Positions 11,261 to 25,119 of a stretch of 64,000 nt of DNA are shown piece after piece. Origin of the DNA: Octopus sinensis (Eukaryota). Position numbers and translations under genes: made by a program. The stretch lies in the NCBI RefSeq assembly GCF_006345805.1, contig NC_043008.1, positions 69,750,001 through 69,814,000 on the forward strand, in the 5' to 3' direction. A model generated the notes under the pieces. That model ran no database searches. It worked only from the letters and a program-made list of their open reading frames with translations, and was not told where the DNA came from. How positions within the stretch are numbered: position 1 is the stretch's first letter; each line of letters starts with the position of its first letter.

Positions 11261-13579
11261 CTGACATGGAAAGTGTGTGTATGTGTGTATATATACACAC
11301 ATTCATATATACACATATATGTGCATATATGTATGTATGTATGTATGTATGAATGTATGTATGCATATATGTATATAGATATCTATATGTATCTATCTAT
11401 CTATATATATATATATACATACATACATACACACATACACACATACATACATACATACATTTTTTTTATCCCAGCAGTTGACAACTAATGTTACCTTGTT
11501 AACATCTTTGTAACTTTGAAGTCCAACAAAATCCCTTTTGCAAGCATTTAGGCGAGGCCTTCATTTGAGGAAAACTTTCCTTTTGTTGTCACTGATCTTG
11601 GAGATCCTGATAAAAATCACAAAGTCTACCAATCCTATCACTCCTGGTAGAAGAAAATAAACAAAACAAAAACCTACTACAGAACATTTAGTCCAATCGT
11701 TTCCTAACCATTTTTGTAGACATAATGCCCTTGTTCACCTCTAAAACATTGCACTGTAAACAATGTTACCATTTTATCATTTTCACCCCATGTTCTGAAA
11801 TTCCTCTGCCCTTTCCCACCAACACCTGCTTTTCTTATGTGGAAGGGTGTGTGTGGAAGAAGGGTTGGATGTGTTGTTGTTACTGCTGTTGTTGTTGTTG
11901 TAGCTGTTAGTTTCCAGAGTTGTATGGATAAGGGATACATCTGCCATATCTAGGCAGTTATTCCTTAATGGCCAACATTCAACCGATTGTTGCTGAGTTT
12001 TTTTTTTTATTATTGTTTTCTCTTTTTCTAAACAGAAATATCGAAAATCTGTAATTCTTTGCCAAAATATTCTTCAAATGTATTTAGTGTTTGTTTTGTG
12101 GGTGAGTGTGTGGTGAGGTGGTGAAAGAGGAATGAGGGAGAAAAGTGTGGTAGCAGGAGAAGGAGGAGAAAGAAATGGATCTGAAGAACAGAGAGAATGG
12201 AAGAGATAGAATGATGGGGAAAAAGTGGATGCGAAAGAGAAAGAAAAAAGGAACAATGAATGACTGAATTAAAAAAAATGAATGAATGAAAAAAGAAAAA
12301 AAAACTATTACAGTAAATAAAGGTTTTGTTGACAAGAAAGGGAGGGAGAGTGAGAGAGTTAGTGAGGGGGAGAGAAAGAGAAAGAGAGAGGGAGAAGGCT
12401 GAGAGTTATGAAGACAGGAACTTCACAACATCATCAACAACAACTGAGAAACATAAACAAAATATTTGTGTTAGAATGGCAAGTATTTTCTCTCTAAATA
12501 TTCTTGTGTGTGTGTGTGTGTGTATCTGTGTGTGTGTCTATGTGTAGATACACACGTGCACACACGGACACACATACACACACACATATACACATATATG
12601 GTTGTGTGGTGAAAATGTCTGCCTTGCAACCCCATGGTTTTGAGATCATTTCCATTGTACTGCACTTTGGGAAAGTGTCTTCCATTGTAGCATTGTAGTA
12701 TAAGGCAATTTCATAGAACAAAGCCTTGTGATTAAGATTTTGTTGGCAGAAACAATATTGGAAGCCCTTCAAATGCACACTCACTTATGTAAATACCCAC
12801 ATAAATACATAAGTGTGTCTAACTGTGGATGTAACTGAGGCTTGCAGCAAAGAAAAATCTAATGCAGTCTCTGTTTCCACAGGCGTCAAAATGGTAGAGA
12901 GAGTGAATGTCAGATGAGAAGGTATCAAAGATGAGGACATGTAATAAATCAAGTTTAATAGAATTATAATAGGTGAGACATCTGACTATAAACATTATGC
13001 CTTACTATCTCCATCACACTTAATATTTTAACAGATGTTTTACTATACTTGCTCAGATGAGCATCTATTCTCCATCACAGCTGGGTACCATTTATTACGG
13101 TAATTTGTCATCTCATTTATTAGGTACAGCTTCCCAACATCTCTCTTCATTCCATGTCTTCTTCAGTCCTTCTCTTCTACAGATTCCATTAAATTTTGAG
13201 CACTCAGCACTCCTTTTGATGACTGTCATTCTTCCATATACATCACATGCACATATTAGCATAGTATTCCCTTTTGCTCACTTCATCTGGCTCCTCTTGT
13301 ATCCAGACTTTTCTCTCAGTTCATATATATCAACACCATCATCATCAACAGCATTGTCATCGCCATCATCATCATCATCATACTCAGCATATTTATATAG
13401 GTATATGAATATATATATACATGTGTGTGAATACTGTGCAGATATGTGCTTGTGATATGTGTATGTGCAGCTGTATAATTAGAATCAAGCCATGGTTTTA
13501 TATGGGTGTCTGAGTAGTTACCATGCATGAAACCAGGCTTTGATTTTAATCATATAGGTACATACACAAACACTCATAT

Positions 13580-13632
<53 letters not shown>

Positions 13633-14085
13633 CACACACACACACACACACCTAAATATACATGCTTATATCAGTATGTGAAAACACATTGCAAACCTTA
13701 TAAATGCATGTGTGTGTGGGCACATATGTGCAACAAAGTGTTTTACACTAGAAAATGCTATACATACATACGTACGTACGTATGTATGTACATATGTATG
13801 TATGTATTTATATATGTGTGTGTGTGTATGAAAATAACCCTAACCCACAGTTTTATGCATCCGTCATTATATTTACATCCCTTAAAATTGTATTTAAGTT
13901 AGTTGAATATTACCATGACCCTACTGTCAGATATTGGGTTGAGGGAGGGGTTGGTCTATTAATAAGGCATTTCCTCATCAAACATCTGTACATTACTAAC
14001 GAGTTTGATTTAATCACAAGTGAAATGTGTGTGCTTGTGTGTGTTTGTGTGTGTGTGTATGTGTGTGTGTTTCAGAGTATGCCTG

Positions 14086-14150
<65 letters not shown>

Positions 14151-14436
14151 AAGTCTGTTCGTGTGGGAGTATGTGAGTGTGTCTGTATACAAGTGGATGA
14201 GTGTGTGTGTTATGTCCGTGTGTATGAGTGCATGTCTGTGTCAGTGTGAACATGTGTATATGCATGATGGTATGTTTCTCTGGCTGTATATACATTTGTA
14301 TGTGAAAGGGTGTGTGTGTGTGAGTGTGTGTGTATGTATGTGGGAGAGTGTCTTTATATAAGTGTGTGTGCACATGTGCGTAAGTATGTATGTGTCAGTG
14401 CATGCCTGTAATTATGTGTATCAGTGTGTGTGTGTA

Positions 14437-14479
<43 letters not shown>

Positions 14480-14781
14480 ATGCTTCTCTGGCTCTGAAGG
14501 CCCAGACAAGATGATGCCAGGATCCTAAACAGCTGTCTCCTGACTAATTACAAAACATAAATTAAAAAGAAAAAATATAAATAAACACACAGACACATAC
14601 ACAAAAAATAACACAAATTGAATGTAGAATGAATTCACTTCAATCACTCTTGTTTTCTTTTCATTTTATTTTTGTTGTAATACTTTTTTTTATTTGAAGA
14701 AAAGAGAACAGAGAAAAAAGCTCTTTCCTCCCTCTCTCACCACACACACATATAGTGAGGGAGATACTTATACATATATAT

Positions 14782-14813
<32 letters not shown>

Positions 14814-14847
14814 ATATACATATATATACATATATATATATACATAT

Positions 14848-14892
<45 letters not shown>

Positions 14893-15043
14893 ATCATATA
14901 TATATACCTATATATTCATACATGAGTATATGTATATATATATATTATTGTATATATATATGATATATTGTTGTAGGTAAATAAGTATATATTTTCTCTC
15001 TCTTGCTATATATATATATTTATATATATTTATATGTATATAT

Positions 15044-15086
<43 letters not shown>

Positions 15087-15311
15087 TATATAATATACAT
15101 ATATATATATAATATATATATATATAATATATATATACATATACATGTGTATACACACATATATATATTATATACATATACATGTGTATACACACATATA
15201 TATATATATATACCTACATATATATATACAAACATATATATATATCTATACATACATATATGTATAAACATATATATTATATTATATATACATATATATA
15301 CACATATATAC

Positions 15312-15366
<55 letters not shown>

Positions 15367-15842
15367 CACACAAACACATACACACAGGGACCGACAGACA
15401 GTCATATTGACTGAGAAAAAAAAAGAACTAAAGAAAAACCCTCTACCTCTTCCCACAGAACATCAATCGATATTTATTTCCCAAAATTTCAGTTATCAAT
15501 AATTTTTTATAGACTAATTAACGCATCTTCATAAATATTGACACCTAGTACATTATGTTTCTATGACAACATCTGTGAAACCTGGACAAAGTTTTTTTTT
15601 ATTATTATTTATTATCATTATAAATGTTGTTGTTATTGTTGAAGTTGTCGTTATGGGTTTTCTTTTGGTTATTTATCTACGTCTAATTTTAACTTTATGA
15701 GGCTCTAACACCCTTAACTGAAGAAAGGGGTAGCTTGATTGGAGACTACCAGCTGATGCAGTATTTTGTCTCATTTGATTACTGGCAGATGAATATACAC
15801 ACACGAACACACATACACATACACACATACATACATACATTT

Positions 15843-15883
<41 letters not shown>

Positions 15884-15984
15884 TAACATTCATATATGTA
15901 TGAAACACTTGTTTGCTGTGTATGTTATCTGTCTTTTCTACTGCAGCCACAGATGTCTCTGTTCTTTTGAACTTAGTAACCTTT

Positions 15985-16038
15985 ATATTCAATCTCCACA
16001 ACCACAGCTGCTGCTGGTACTACTACTACTACTACTAC

Positions 16039-16078
<40 letters not shown>

Positions 16079-16202
16079 TATAATAATAATAATAACAATA
16101 ATGATAATGATGATGATGATGATAATAAAAATAAAGATTAAAAAGATAATAATATCAATAATAATAATTATAATAATAATAATATTAATAATAATAATAA
16201 TA

Positions 16203-16239
<37 letters not shown>

Positions 16240-16279
16240 TATTATTATTATCATCATTATCATTATTATCATTATCCTT

Positions 16280-16333
<54 letters not shown>

Positions 16334-16335
16334 TC
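15985..16335. repeat. Long compound (TAC)/(TAA)/(TGA)/(TTA) trinucleotide tract
   Basis: Seen directly; polarity switches from TAA to TTA near 16200. Similar tracts at 19020-19170 and 36550-36790. Confidence 0.95.
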
Positions 16336-16545
16336 TACTCTAGGCTCATGGCCTTGAAAATTTTGGGGGAAGTGGGCTAGTCGATTACATCGACCCCAGT
16401 GTGTAACCATACTTATTTCATCAACCCTGAAAGGATGAAAGTCAACCTTGTCAAAATTTGAATTCAGAACATAGCGATGGGCAAAATACCGCTAAGCATT
16501 ATGTCTAGTGTGTTAATGATTCTGATCTTTCGCCACCTTAATTAC
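16335..16545 (-). mobile_element. SINE family A
   Basis: Reverse complement of the family A core (GACCCCAG...GAAAGGATGAAAG...TTTGAATTCAGAAC). Confidence 0.82.
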
Positions 16546-17052
16546 TACTAATATTACTCCTAACTCTCTGTGCAAAACTACCATTTACTCTACCAATACC
16601 TACACCATTTCTAATACAAGCAACCAACAAAAATACTTAGAAAGAATGGCATGGGTGGATCATCTTTGTTCATATGCTTGCTCAGTCAAGGTTGAGCTGG
16701 GGTTAAACAATGATATCACACTTCCCCCAACAGTTTAATCAGCTAAGAATATTAAGCAATTATGTAGAAGCTCTCTTGGAGGTTCATGTGACCCTTATGT
16801 AAAGACAGTGATTTACATAGGGGAAATGTTTGGATACTACACTGTTTAGGATCAGTCATATTGTAAGAGATTACCTCATTGGGCCCATGCCTATTTTGAA
16901 GACAGTAGAGTGTTTATTAAGGGATATTTATGTAATATATTAAGCAGGTTGAATAACCAGACAAAAGCTCCCTTTGCTGAGTAATGTGGACTTTGTTTTA
17001 AGACTGTATGAAGTTCAATAAGGACTGTTTGTGTGTTTGTGGGATGGATTAA

Positions 17053-17273
17053 CCCTTTCAATACCAACCCGGCTGAAACTGGCTCTGGCTCAGTAGTACA
17101 AATGTCTTGTTTTCATAAGCTTTGAATTAAAATCTTCCACCAAACCTTAGTCACAATTTATGTTCCTAACACTAGCTGAATAATAACTAAGTTATTTTAC
17201 TAAATTCTTTGCGATATCTAAAGTAATTGAAAGAAACACAGAGCATCTCAAAATAAATACAGTAACGAAAGGG
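17053..17273. mobile_element. Solo piggyBac-like MITE, family 1 (221 bp)
   Basis: TTAA(17049-17052)-CCCTTTC ... GAAAGGG-TTAA(17274-17277). TTAA TSD with CCC/GGG termini is the established piggyBac signature. Confidence 0.82.
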
Positions 17274-17721
17274 TTAAACAGATAAAACCACCTTTGGTGA
17301 CACATTTTAAGAGAACCTTATGGGAGAAACATTGATCAAGTTGTTAGTGTTATTACTTAATCCAGGTCAGCCCTTATCCTCAGAATTTGTTGAGACTGAT
17401 TTTCTATGGCTGGATGCTCTTCCTGTTCCCAACTTTACTTCCTCCCAATCAGGCAAGCAAGCTAGTATCTCCCTATGACTGGAAAATTGGAAACAAATGA
17501 CTCTGCTTGTATGATACTGACACTCTAGATCTATCACATGACAATGCACACACACACACACACACAAATATAGATATTCAATGGGCTTCCTTAAGTTTCC
17601 ATCTCCTAAATTCACTTACAAGGCTTTATGTAATAGATTAAACTTGCACAATGTGCCACTCTGTGGCATTGTACCTGAAACAATGTGGTTAGAAATGAAC
17701 TTCTCAAACACACAAACATGC

Positions 17722-17775
<54 letters not shown>

Positions 17776-17777
<2 letters not shown>

Positions 17778-18170
17778 TCTTTACTCTTTCTCTTTACTTG
17801 TTTCAGCCATTTGACTGTGGCCATACTGGAGCACTGCCTTTAGTTGAGCAAATCAACCCCAGGACTTATTCTATCGGTCTCTTTTGCTGAACCGCTAAGT
17901 TATGAGGACGTAAACACACCAGCATTGGTTGTCAAGCGATGTTGAGGGGGACAAACACAGACAAACAAACACATACACACACACAAATATATATATATAA
18001 ATATATACGATGGGCTTCTTTCAGTTTCCATCTACCAAATCCACACACATGGTCTTGGTCGGCCCTAGGGTATAGTAGAAGACACTTGCCCAGGGTGCCA
18101 TGCAGTGGGACTGAACCTGGAACCATGTGGTTCGTAAGCAAGCTACTTATCACACAGCCACTCCTACGCC
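17776..18170 (-). mobile_element. SINE family B
   Basis: Full-length reverse-complement copy with internal (TA)/(CA). Confidence 0.9.
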
Positions 18171-18515
18171 TATATAAGTATATATAAACCTTGAGATCCT
18201 TAATTCATCTATTTGGAAACGCAGTTTCCCAGTTAAAATCCCCTGGCAGCTGCCACCTCCCCTGCTCACCCCCACCAAACCTCTGTTAACTTATATTCCG
18301 AACATCCAACTACATGTCACCAACATCAAATTTTAAGGTACTTTAGAAAAGAACACTATTTAGGATATATAAATATGTATCAAGTGTATATACATGCATC
18401 TATATGTGTGTGCATGCATTGTGTGTATGTGTATGAGCATCTGTATAAATAAATATATATTTATATAAACATACATATACATATATATTTACATGTGTAT
18501 ATATAGATATATATA

Positions 18516-18557
<42 letters not shown>

Positions 18558-18732
18558 TATAGATATAGATGTGTATGAGTGTGTGTGTGTATGTTTGTAT
18601 ATATATATGTATGTATACACACATATACGAATATACATACATCATACATATATATATATATGCATACATACAAATATACATATATATGTGTGGGTGGGTG
18701 TATATATATATATATTATATATATATATATAT

Positions 18733-18804
<72 letters not shown>

Positions 18805-19057
18805 TATATATATACACACAAAGAAAAGCAGAGATAAGAAAGAGTGAGAGAGAAATACATAGATATTGATATAGATATTCAAAATTATTACAATCGTATT
18901 GTTTGTCATTATGAAAGGTTCAGCAAGCGATTTATAAAAGTTCAAAGAAATCTTGTTTTGTTGTTAAGAAATAATTATTATTTCATTGTTGTATTGTTGT
19001 TATATTATTTTACTACTTACTTCTATAATAATAGTAATAGTAATAATAATAATAACG

Positions 19058-19101
<44 letters not shown>

Positions 19102-19117
19102 TAATAATAATAAACTG

Positions 19118-19152
<35 letters not shown>

Positions 19153-19504
19153 TATTATTATTATTATTATTATTTTGTTACTGGTGTTGTTGTTGGTGGT
19201 GGTGGTAGTGGCGTGCTGTTACATTGTGCACTTGTTATGTTTATTATGGTTGTACATTTATTGGTGAACATTTATTAAAAACCACACACACATACACATA
19301 AACTTGTACAGACTTATTTATACTGACATTGTTATATATGAACTGAATATTATTATATCTATTGTTAGTATTTGTAATAGTCCACTAATATCTTTCAAAG
19401 TGTCTCTTCTCACACACAATCACTCACATCCACACACATACATAGATAAAGACATACATACATATATATATATACACACACACACACGTCCACACACATA
19501 TGAT

Positions 19505-20570
19505 ATTGCTGTGTGTTTGGGTTGAATTTGACAGTTTACATAGAAATAAAACAAAGCACAATATCACAGCCAAAAATAGTAGTATTTTGAAAAAAATCAA
19601 AATTCCAACTTGATTTTGCTTGGGATGTAACAGTTTGTATTCAAAGTTACCACCCTCAGTGTCCACTATGGCCTTAAGACAGCTCTGCGTTCCTCACTGT
19701 GTTTCTGAGGTCTTCATGCACTCTCTTGATCTTGGCCACCTGCTTGCCCTTCCTGTTGCAGGCAGTGTGTTTAGTGTCTTTCTCAACTGCACCCCACAAA
19801 TAGTAATTTATGGGATTACAGTCAGGGAAAATAAGAGGCCAGAATTTTGGGCTGGTGAAGTTGTAGAAAAAGTAGTTGTATGCTGTCAACTTAAAAATCA
19901 GTGAATGCATTTCATTAGAATTATTACATGTTTACAAGGGCTAGACAGGCAGCGTTGCTGCTTCCTAGGGCTAAATAGCAGTAGAATTATTCCCTTCATG
20001 GGACTGTCATATTAAGTTGACAACATACAACTACCTTATCATATCACTACTGCATAAGTCTCTCTGTGAGATTTAGAAATGTATTATTTCTATCTTTGAA
20101 GTTGTAGAAATTCTCTGACAACTACTTCTGGCTCTTTCCAGAGGTATGGGATGGAGCTGAATTCTGCTGCCATGCATATGGCCTTCCACTTCCAGCAGTA
20201 ATACTCTCCTACCAGGATTTGACCACAGTCTCCAGCAGCTTCATATAATTTTCTGCGTTGAGCCTAAGGCTCTGTTCAAAGATATGAGGCAGTATGATGC
20301 CAGGATTTGACCACAGACTCCAGCAGCTTTACATAAATTTCTGAGTTGAGCCTAAGGCTCTGTTCAATGATGTGGGGCAGCATGATGCCACCCTCATTTG
20401 GAGATACACCCAAAAACCATCAGTCTGGGGGAAATTGGTTTTCATAATATTTATGTCAAGTTCACAGAGCAGAAACTGGAGCTGGTGAAGTCATAGCAAT
20501 TCTCCGACAACTACTTCCGACTCTTTCCAAGGATATGGCAAAGAGTTGAATTTTGCTGTCACACATTGGT
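19505..20570 (-). pseudogene. Decayed Tc1/mariner DD37D (maT-like) transposase, C-terminal half, rearranged
   Basis: LMVFGCIS...MLPHIIEQSL; IMPPHIFEQSLRLNAENYMKLLETVVKSW...RPYAWQQNSAPSHTSGKSQK.LSENFYNFTSPKFWPLIFPDCNPINYYLWGAVEKDT...EGGNFE. The spacing of the degenerate second and third catalytic positions fits D37D. Confidence 0.8.
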
Positions 20571-21140
20571 TTAGGGAAGGTTTTCGGTGCTTCATTTTAG
20601 TCCAACCACTGAGAAGAACGTTTTTTATTATTGTACAGAATCCACTTTTCATTGCAAGTTATAATATGGTTGAGAAATGGATCAGTCTGGTTATGGAGAA
20701 GAAACAATGAGCAAATTTCATATCTGCACATTTTCTGATTTTCATTCAAATCGTGTGGTACCCATTAGTCAATCTTTTTTGATTTTTCAATTGCATGCAA
20801 ATGGTTGCAGGCAGTTTTCTGGTTAACTTGAAGTTCTTTTGCCAGTTCTTGAGTGGTTTTACATGGATCTTTCTCAATGACGGTCTTTAAATGACAGATG
20901 GAGGTCCACTATGCTCATGAACTTCAAGGCTCAGTTCTCCACTGCAAAATCATTTAAACCCTTTTTAAGCTGACCATTCACTGGTCATTTTCTCACCAAA
21001 TACTTCGTTGATATCGCAAGCAGTTTCAGCTGCTTTATGTCCTTTTTTGTTGTTGAATAGCAAAATGGTTCAAATATCATGCGTTCACAGTTCCATTTCG
21101 GATGGTTGTAACAATGCCGAAAAGAATATCAATGCTAATT
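20571..21140 (-). pseudogene. Decayed mariner transposase, N-terminal half
   Basis: ATG at 21094-21096; GHKAAETACDINEVFGE...WVPHDLNENQKMCRYEICS...DPFLNHIITCNEKWILYNN (WVPHEL and TCDEKW motifs), with stops and frameshifts. Confidence 0.88.
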
Positions 21141-21239
21141 TATTGATACATTTGGGTAAGTCTATGTCAGTATCATCAAACAATTGCAAAAAAAAAAAAA
21201 TCTTCAAAAAAAATTCAAAACTCTGCAAAATCCTGTACA

Positions 21240-21440
21240 AATTCCCCCAACTATCACTACTTGACAACTAGTGTGGTGTGTTTATATCCCCATAACCTAG
21301 TGGTTCAACAAAACAGACTGATAGAATAGGTACTAGGCTTAAAAATAAGTCCTGTGATCAATTTTTCAACTAAAATCTTTTAAGGTGGTGCTCCAGCATG
21401 GCCAGAATTAAATGACTGGAACAAATGAAAGAATATAAAA
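21240..21440 (+). mobile_element. SINE family B, 3' half
   Basis: CTTGACAAC...GATAGAATAGGTACTAGGC...GGTGCTCCAGCATGGCC...AATGAAAGAAT. Confidence 0.8.
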
Positions 21441-22674
21441 TAATGCATTATTTGCTGAAACAATGTTTCATGTTATAACATGTTTCCCTGCTCGATAACA
21501 GTTCTTCTAGCAACATATAATAATGTGTGCATATAAAAGTAAAACTTATCACATACGATAGCAAGTGTTGGTGTTGAATGAGGTGACAGCTAAGTTTAAG
21601 AATTATGTTATACGTACAATTTTATTGTATAGCTGAATTTAGAAAATATGGCAAGATATATTTCATATTACTGAAATTAGTAGAAATTTAATTATTCCAT
21701 AAAATTCTTTACATAACGTGTGTACAACAGCAGACTTTGTATTCAGTCTGAAGTTGATGGGAATAAATTATGGTAGTGGTAAGCGCCAAAGAGCTATGAA
21801 ATGTAACCTTAGCTAAATAATTATGTTATATTTAATTTTATTTTATATACTCATTTTTAAAAATATTTCAAAATTCAATGCTGAAATTTGTAGAAATTTA
21901 GTTATCCATGAAAATGTCTACACGATGTCTCTAAGATGAAAGACATTGCATTTAGCCTAAGTAACATGAGTAGGTATACTCATCCACTTATTCACACCAC
22001 TGATTTTTAATGACAAATATTTTCAATTCCAGTTTCAACATAACTCATCGATCTCAGTTGCTTGTTTTTAAACATAAATCAGTCATCCTCTCTATCTCTC
22101 TGTCTTTCTCTCTGTCTATCTCTCTGTCTTTCTCTCTCTCTATCTCTCTGTCTTTCTCTCATTGCATTCCTGTTCTGTCTCTCTCCGCCTTGCCCTGTTC
22201 TCTCTCATCTCTTTCTCTCTCTCTTCTCTGCTTCTATCATTTGATATATGTTTCTCTTTCGATGCATTCATCTGAAGATTCATTTAGACCTGTAATTGGC
22301 CTTGTTCCGCACTGGTGGCTCATGAACATGGTATATTATCCCCTTATCTCTTAAGGAAAATGTAGTAAATGAGCGTGTAGCATTTCAACTTAGCAAATAG
22401 CTATTATTTTTGTTACTTTTATTTCGATCATGGGTCACTGATGCTCTCCCGATTGGATGCCATACAAACATGACTGATCTCATGAAAGATGTTTCTGCCT
22501 CTCACTCTCTCTCATGCTCTCTCTCTCTCCTCATCTTCATCAATTTGTATATCACTTTCTGTATGTCCATCTTTTTCACTCCACATATGTTTCTCTCTGT
22601 CTCACATTCCATATATACATAGCTCACTCTCTCATACTCCAAATATGTCTCTCCCTCTCACACACTCCATTCTC

Positions 22675-22738
<64 letters not shown>

Positions 22739-23227
22739 ATATATATATGGTCTCTTTCTTAGCAGCTTCCTCTGAAGATTAATTTAGGCAAGTAATCAGC
22801 TTGTTGTTCAGTACAAGGAACTCATTAATGTGAAGTATTACTCTTCATTTATCAAGGAAACCGCATCAAGTGACTCTACTAAGTTTAAGCAAAACAGCTA
22901 ATTATTATTTCTATTAATGATACTCACTGCTTCTCACTCATCACCATTTCTCTATGTCCTTCATTATATCTCTCCCTCTCTCTCTTTCTCTTGTTCCCGC
23001 TCTCAATCTATCTATCAATCAATTTCACTCCCTCTCTCTCTCTTCTGTTAGTCTCCATATTAAGAGATTTAATACTACTTTACTTTATGTCAGATATTTG
23101 AATATGGTTGTAGTAAATAGTGACACGTGAGCACACCACACCTCTCTCTGTCTTTCTCATACAAATGGAATAAGGGAGTACAGATACAATAAGCTGAAAT
23201 AATTACCGATATTGGTGCAGTTATTAT

Positions 23228-23865
23228 TATTAGTATTAAAGTGCAAGGGAGTGACCTGGCAGAATTGTTGCTGCATCAGACAAAATTCTTAGTGGCATTT
23301 TGTTCCTTTTTATGTTCTGAGATCAACCTGACCTTCCATTCATTCAGGGTCAATAAAATAAATATCTGCTAAGCACTTGCTCCCTCCTCTAGAAATTTCA
23401 GGCCTTGTGACTATAGAACAAGTGATTATTATTATTGGTTTCAGATTTTGACACAAGGCCAGGAATTTTGGGGGAGTGGGGGTGGGCAGTCGATAAGATC
23501 AACCCCAGTAGGCAACTGGTACTTAATTTATTGACCCCGAAAGGATGAAAGGCAAAAGTGACCTCAGCGAAATTTGATCTCAGAACGTAAAGACAGACAA
23601 AATACCACTAAGCATTTTACCCAACTCACCACCTTAACTATTATTAATATTTGTTTAAAATTTTGGCACAAGGCCGGCAATTTTGGAGGGAGTGGGTAAG
23701 TCAATTACATCAACTTGTACCTATTTCATCACCCCAGAAAAAATGACCTTGGAACCTGGAAAGTTGACCTTCATGGAATTTGAACTCAGAATGTGAAGAT
23801 GAATGAAAGGCTACTAAGTATTTTCCCCAGTGTGTTAACAATTCTACCAGCTCATTGCCTTCACA
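23228..23865. mobile_element. Three family A SINEs (23228-23430 plus; 23435-23640 and 23655-23865 minus)
   Basis: Family A head, core and tail motifs; the first two are tail-to-tail. Confidence 0.82.
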
Positions 23866-24090
23866 ACTATTCTTAATATTAATTAACACAGCAATTATTA
23901 TATTTATTAGAATCTATTATTGCCTTTTATCTTTGTCATGAATATCATTCTCTAATTCTGTCATATACTTTCATCTCATGTTCCATTCTTCTTCTTCTCC
24001 CCATGCACCATCCTCTCTCTCACTCTCTCACTCTCTCTCTCTCCCTCTTTCTCTCTCTCTCATATCTAATGGCGAAATAGCACCTATCTA

Positions 24091-24490
24091 TAGGTGCAGG
24101 CATGGCTGTGTGGTGAGAAGCTTGCTTCCCAATCACATGGTTCTGGGTTCAGTCCCACTGCATGGCACCTTGGGCAAAAGCCTTCTACTATAGTTTCAAG
24201 CCAATCAAAGCCTTGTGAGAGGATTTGATGAACAGAAACTGAAAGAAGCCCATTGTATTTATATATGTGTGTGTGTGTATCTTTATGCCTGTGTTTGTCC
24301 CCTACCAATTCTTGACAATTGGTGTAGGCACATTTATGTCCCTGTAACTGAGCAGTTCAGCAAAAAAGATCAATAGAATAAGTATTAAGCTTAAAAAGAA
24401 AATAAGTTCAGGAATCAATTTGTTCAATTAAAATCCTTCGTAGCAGTGCTCCAGCATGGCTACAGTCAAGTAACTGAGACAAGTCAACGA
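24091..24490 (+). mobile_element. SINE family B
   Basis: GGCATGGCTGTGTGG...GGGTTCAGTCCCACTGCATGGCACCTTGGGCAA... Confidence 0.88.
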
Positions 24491-24542
24491 TAAAAAAATC
24501 TGTCCCCTGTTGAGCCCTGTTTGGCAAACATATGTGATCAAC

Positions 24543-24898
24543 AATATTGTGTTTCCATTGTCTTTACATTCTGAGTTCAAATTCCACCAAGGTCAACTTT
24601 GCCTTTCCTCATTTCAGGGTTGATAGATTTAGTTTCATTTGTGTACTGGGGTTGATCTAATCGACTGGCCCCCTCCCCAAAAATTTCGGGCCTTGTGCAT
24701 TGAGTAGCAAAGAATATTGTGTTTTCACTGTCTTTACGTTCTGAGTTCAAATTCCGCCAAGGTTGACTTTGCCTTTCCTCCTTTCAGGGTCAATAAATTA
24801 AGTACCAGTTGCATACTGGGGTTGATCTAATCAACTGGCCCCTTCCCCCATAATTTCGGGCCTTGTGCCTAGAGTAGAAAAGAATATTGTGTTTCCAT
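24543..24898 (+). mobile_element. Two tandem 5'-truncated family A SINEs, period 170 bp
   Basis: A 16-bp spacer (AATATTGTGTTTCCAT, the middle copy with two substitutions) at 24543, 24713 and 24883. Confidence 0.85.
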
Positions 24899-25119
24899 CA
24901 ATAATATCGATATAGTTTAGTGAATTTTTGTCCTCCATCTCAGTGTGAAAATCTTCAAGACAAAATATTTATATAGTTTGTCCGTTGTTTAGCATGATAG
25001 CAATAACTTCGAAAGATTATTGTGTTACTGATGGAGACAAACATGAAACTGAGGAGGAACCAAAGCTAATGGAAGATAGAGATTCCTAGTTCAGTACTGT
25101 GAAATGCATCCTGGTTGTG

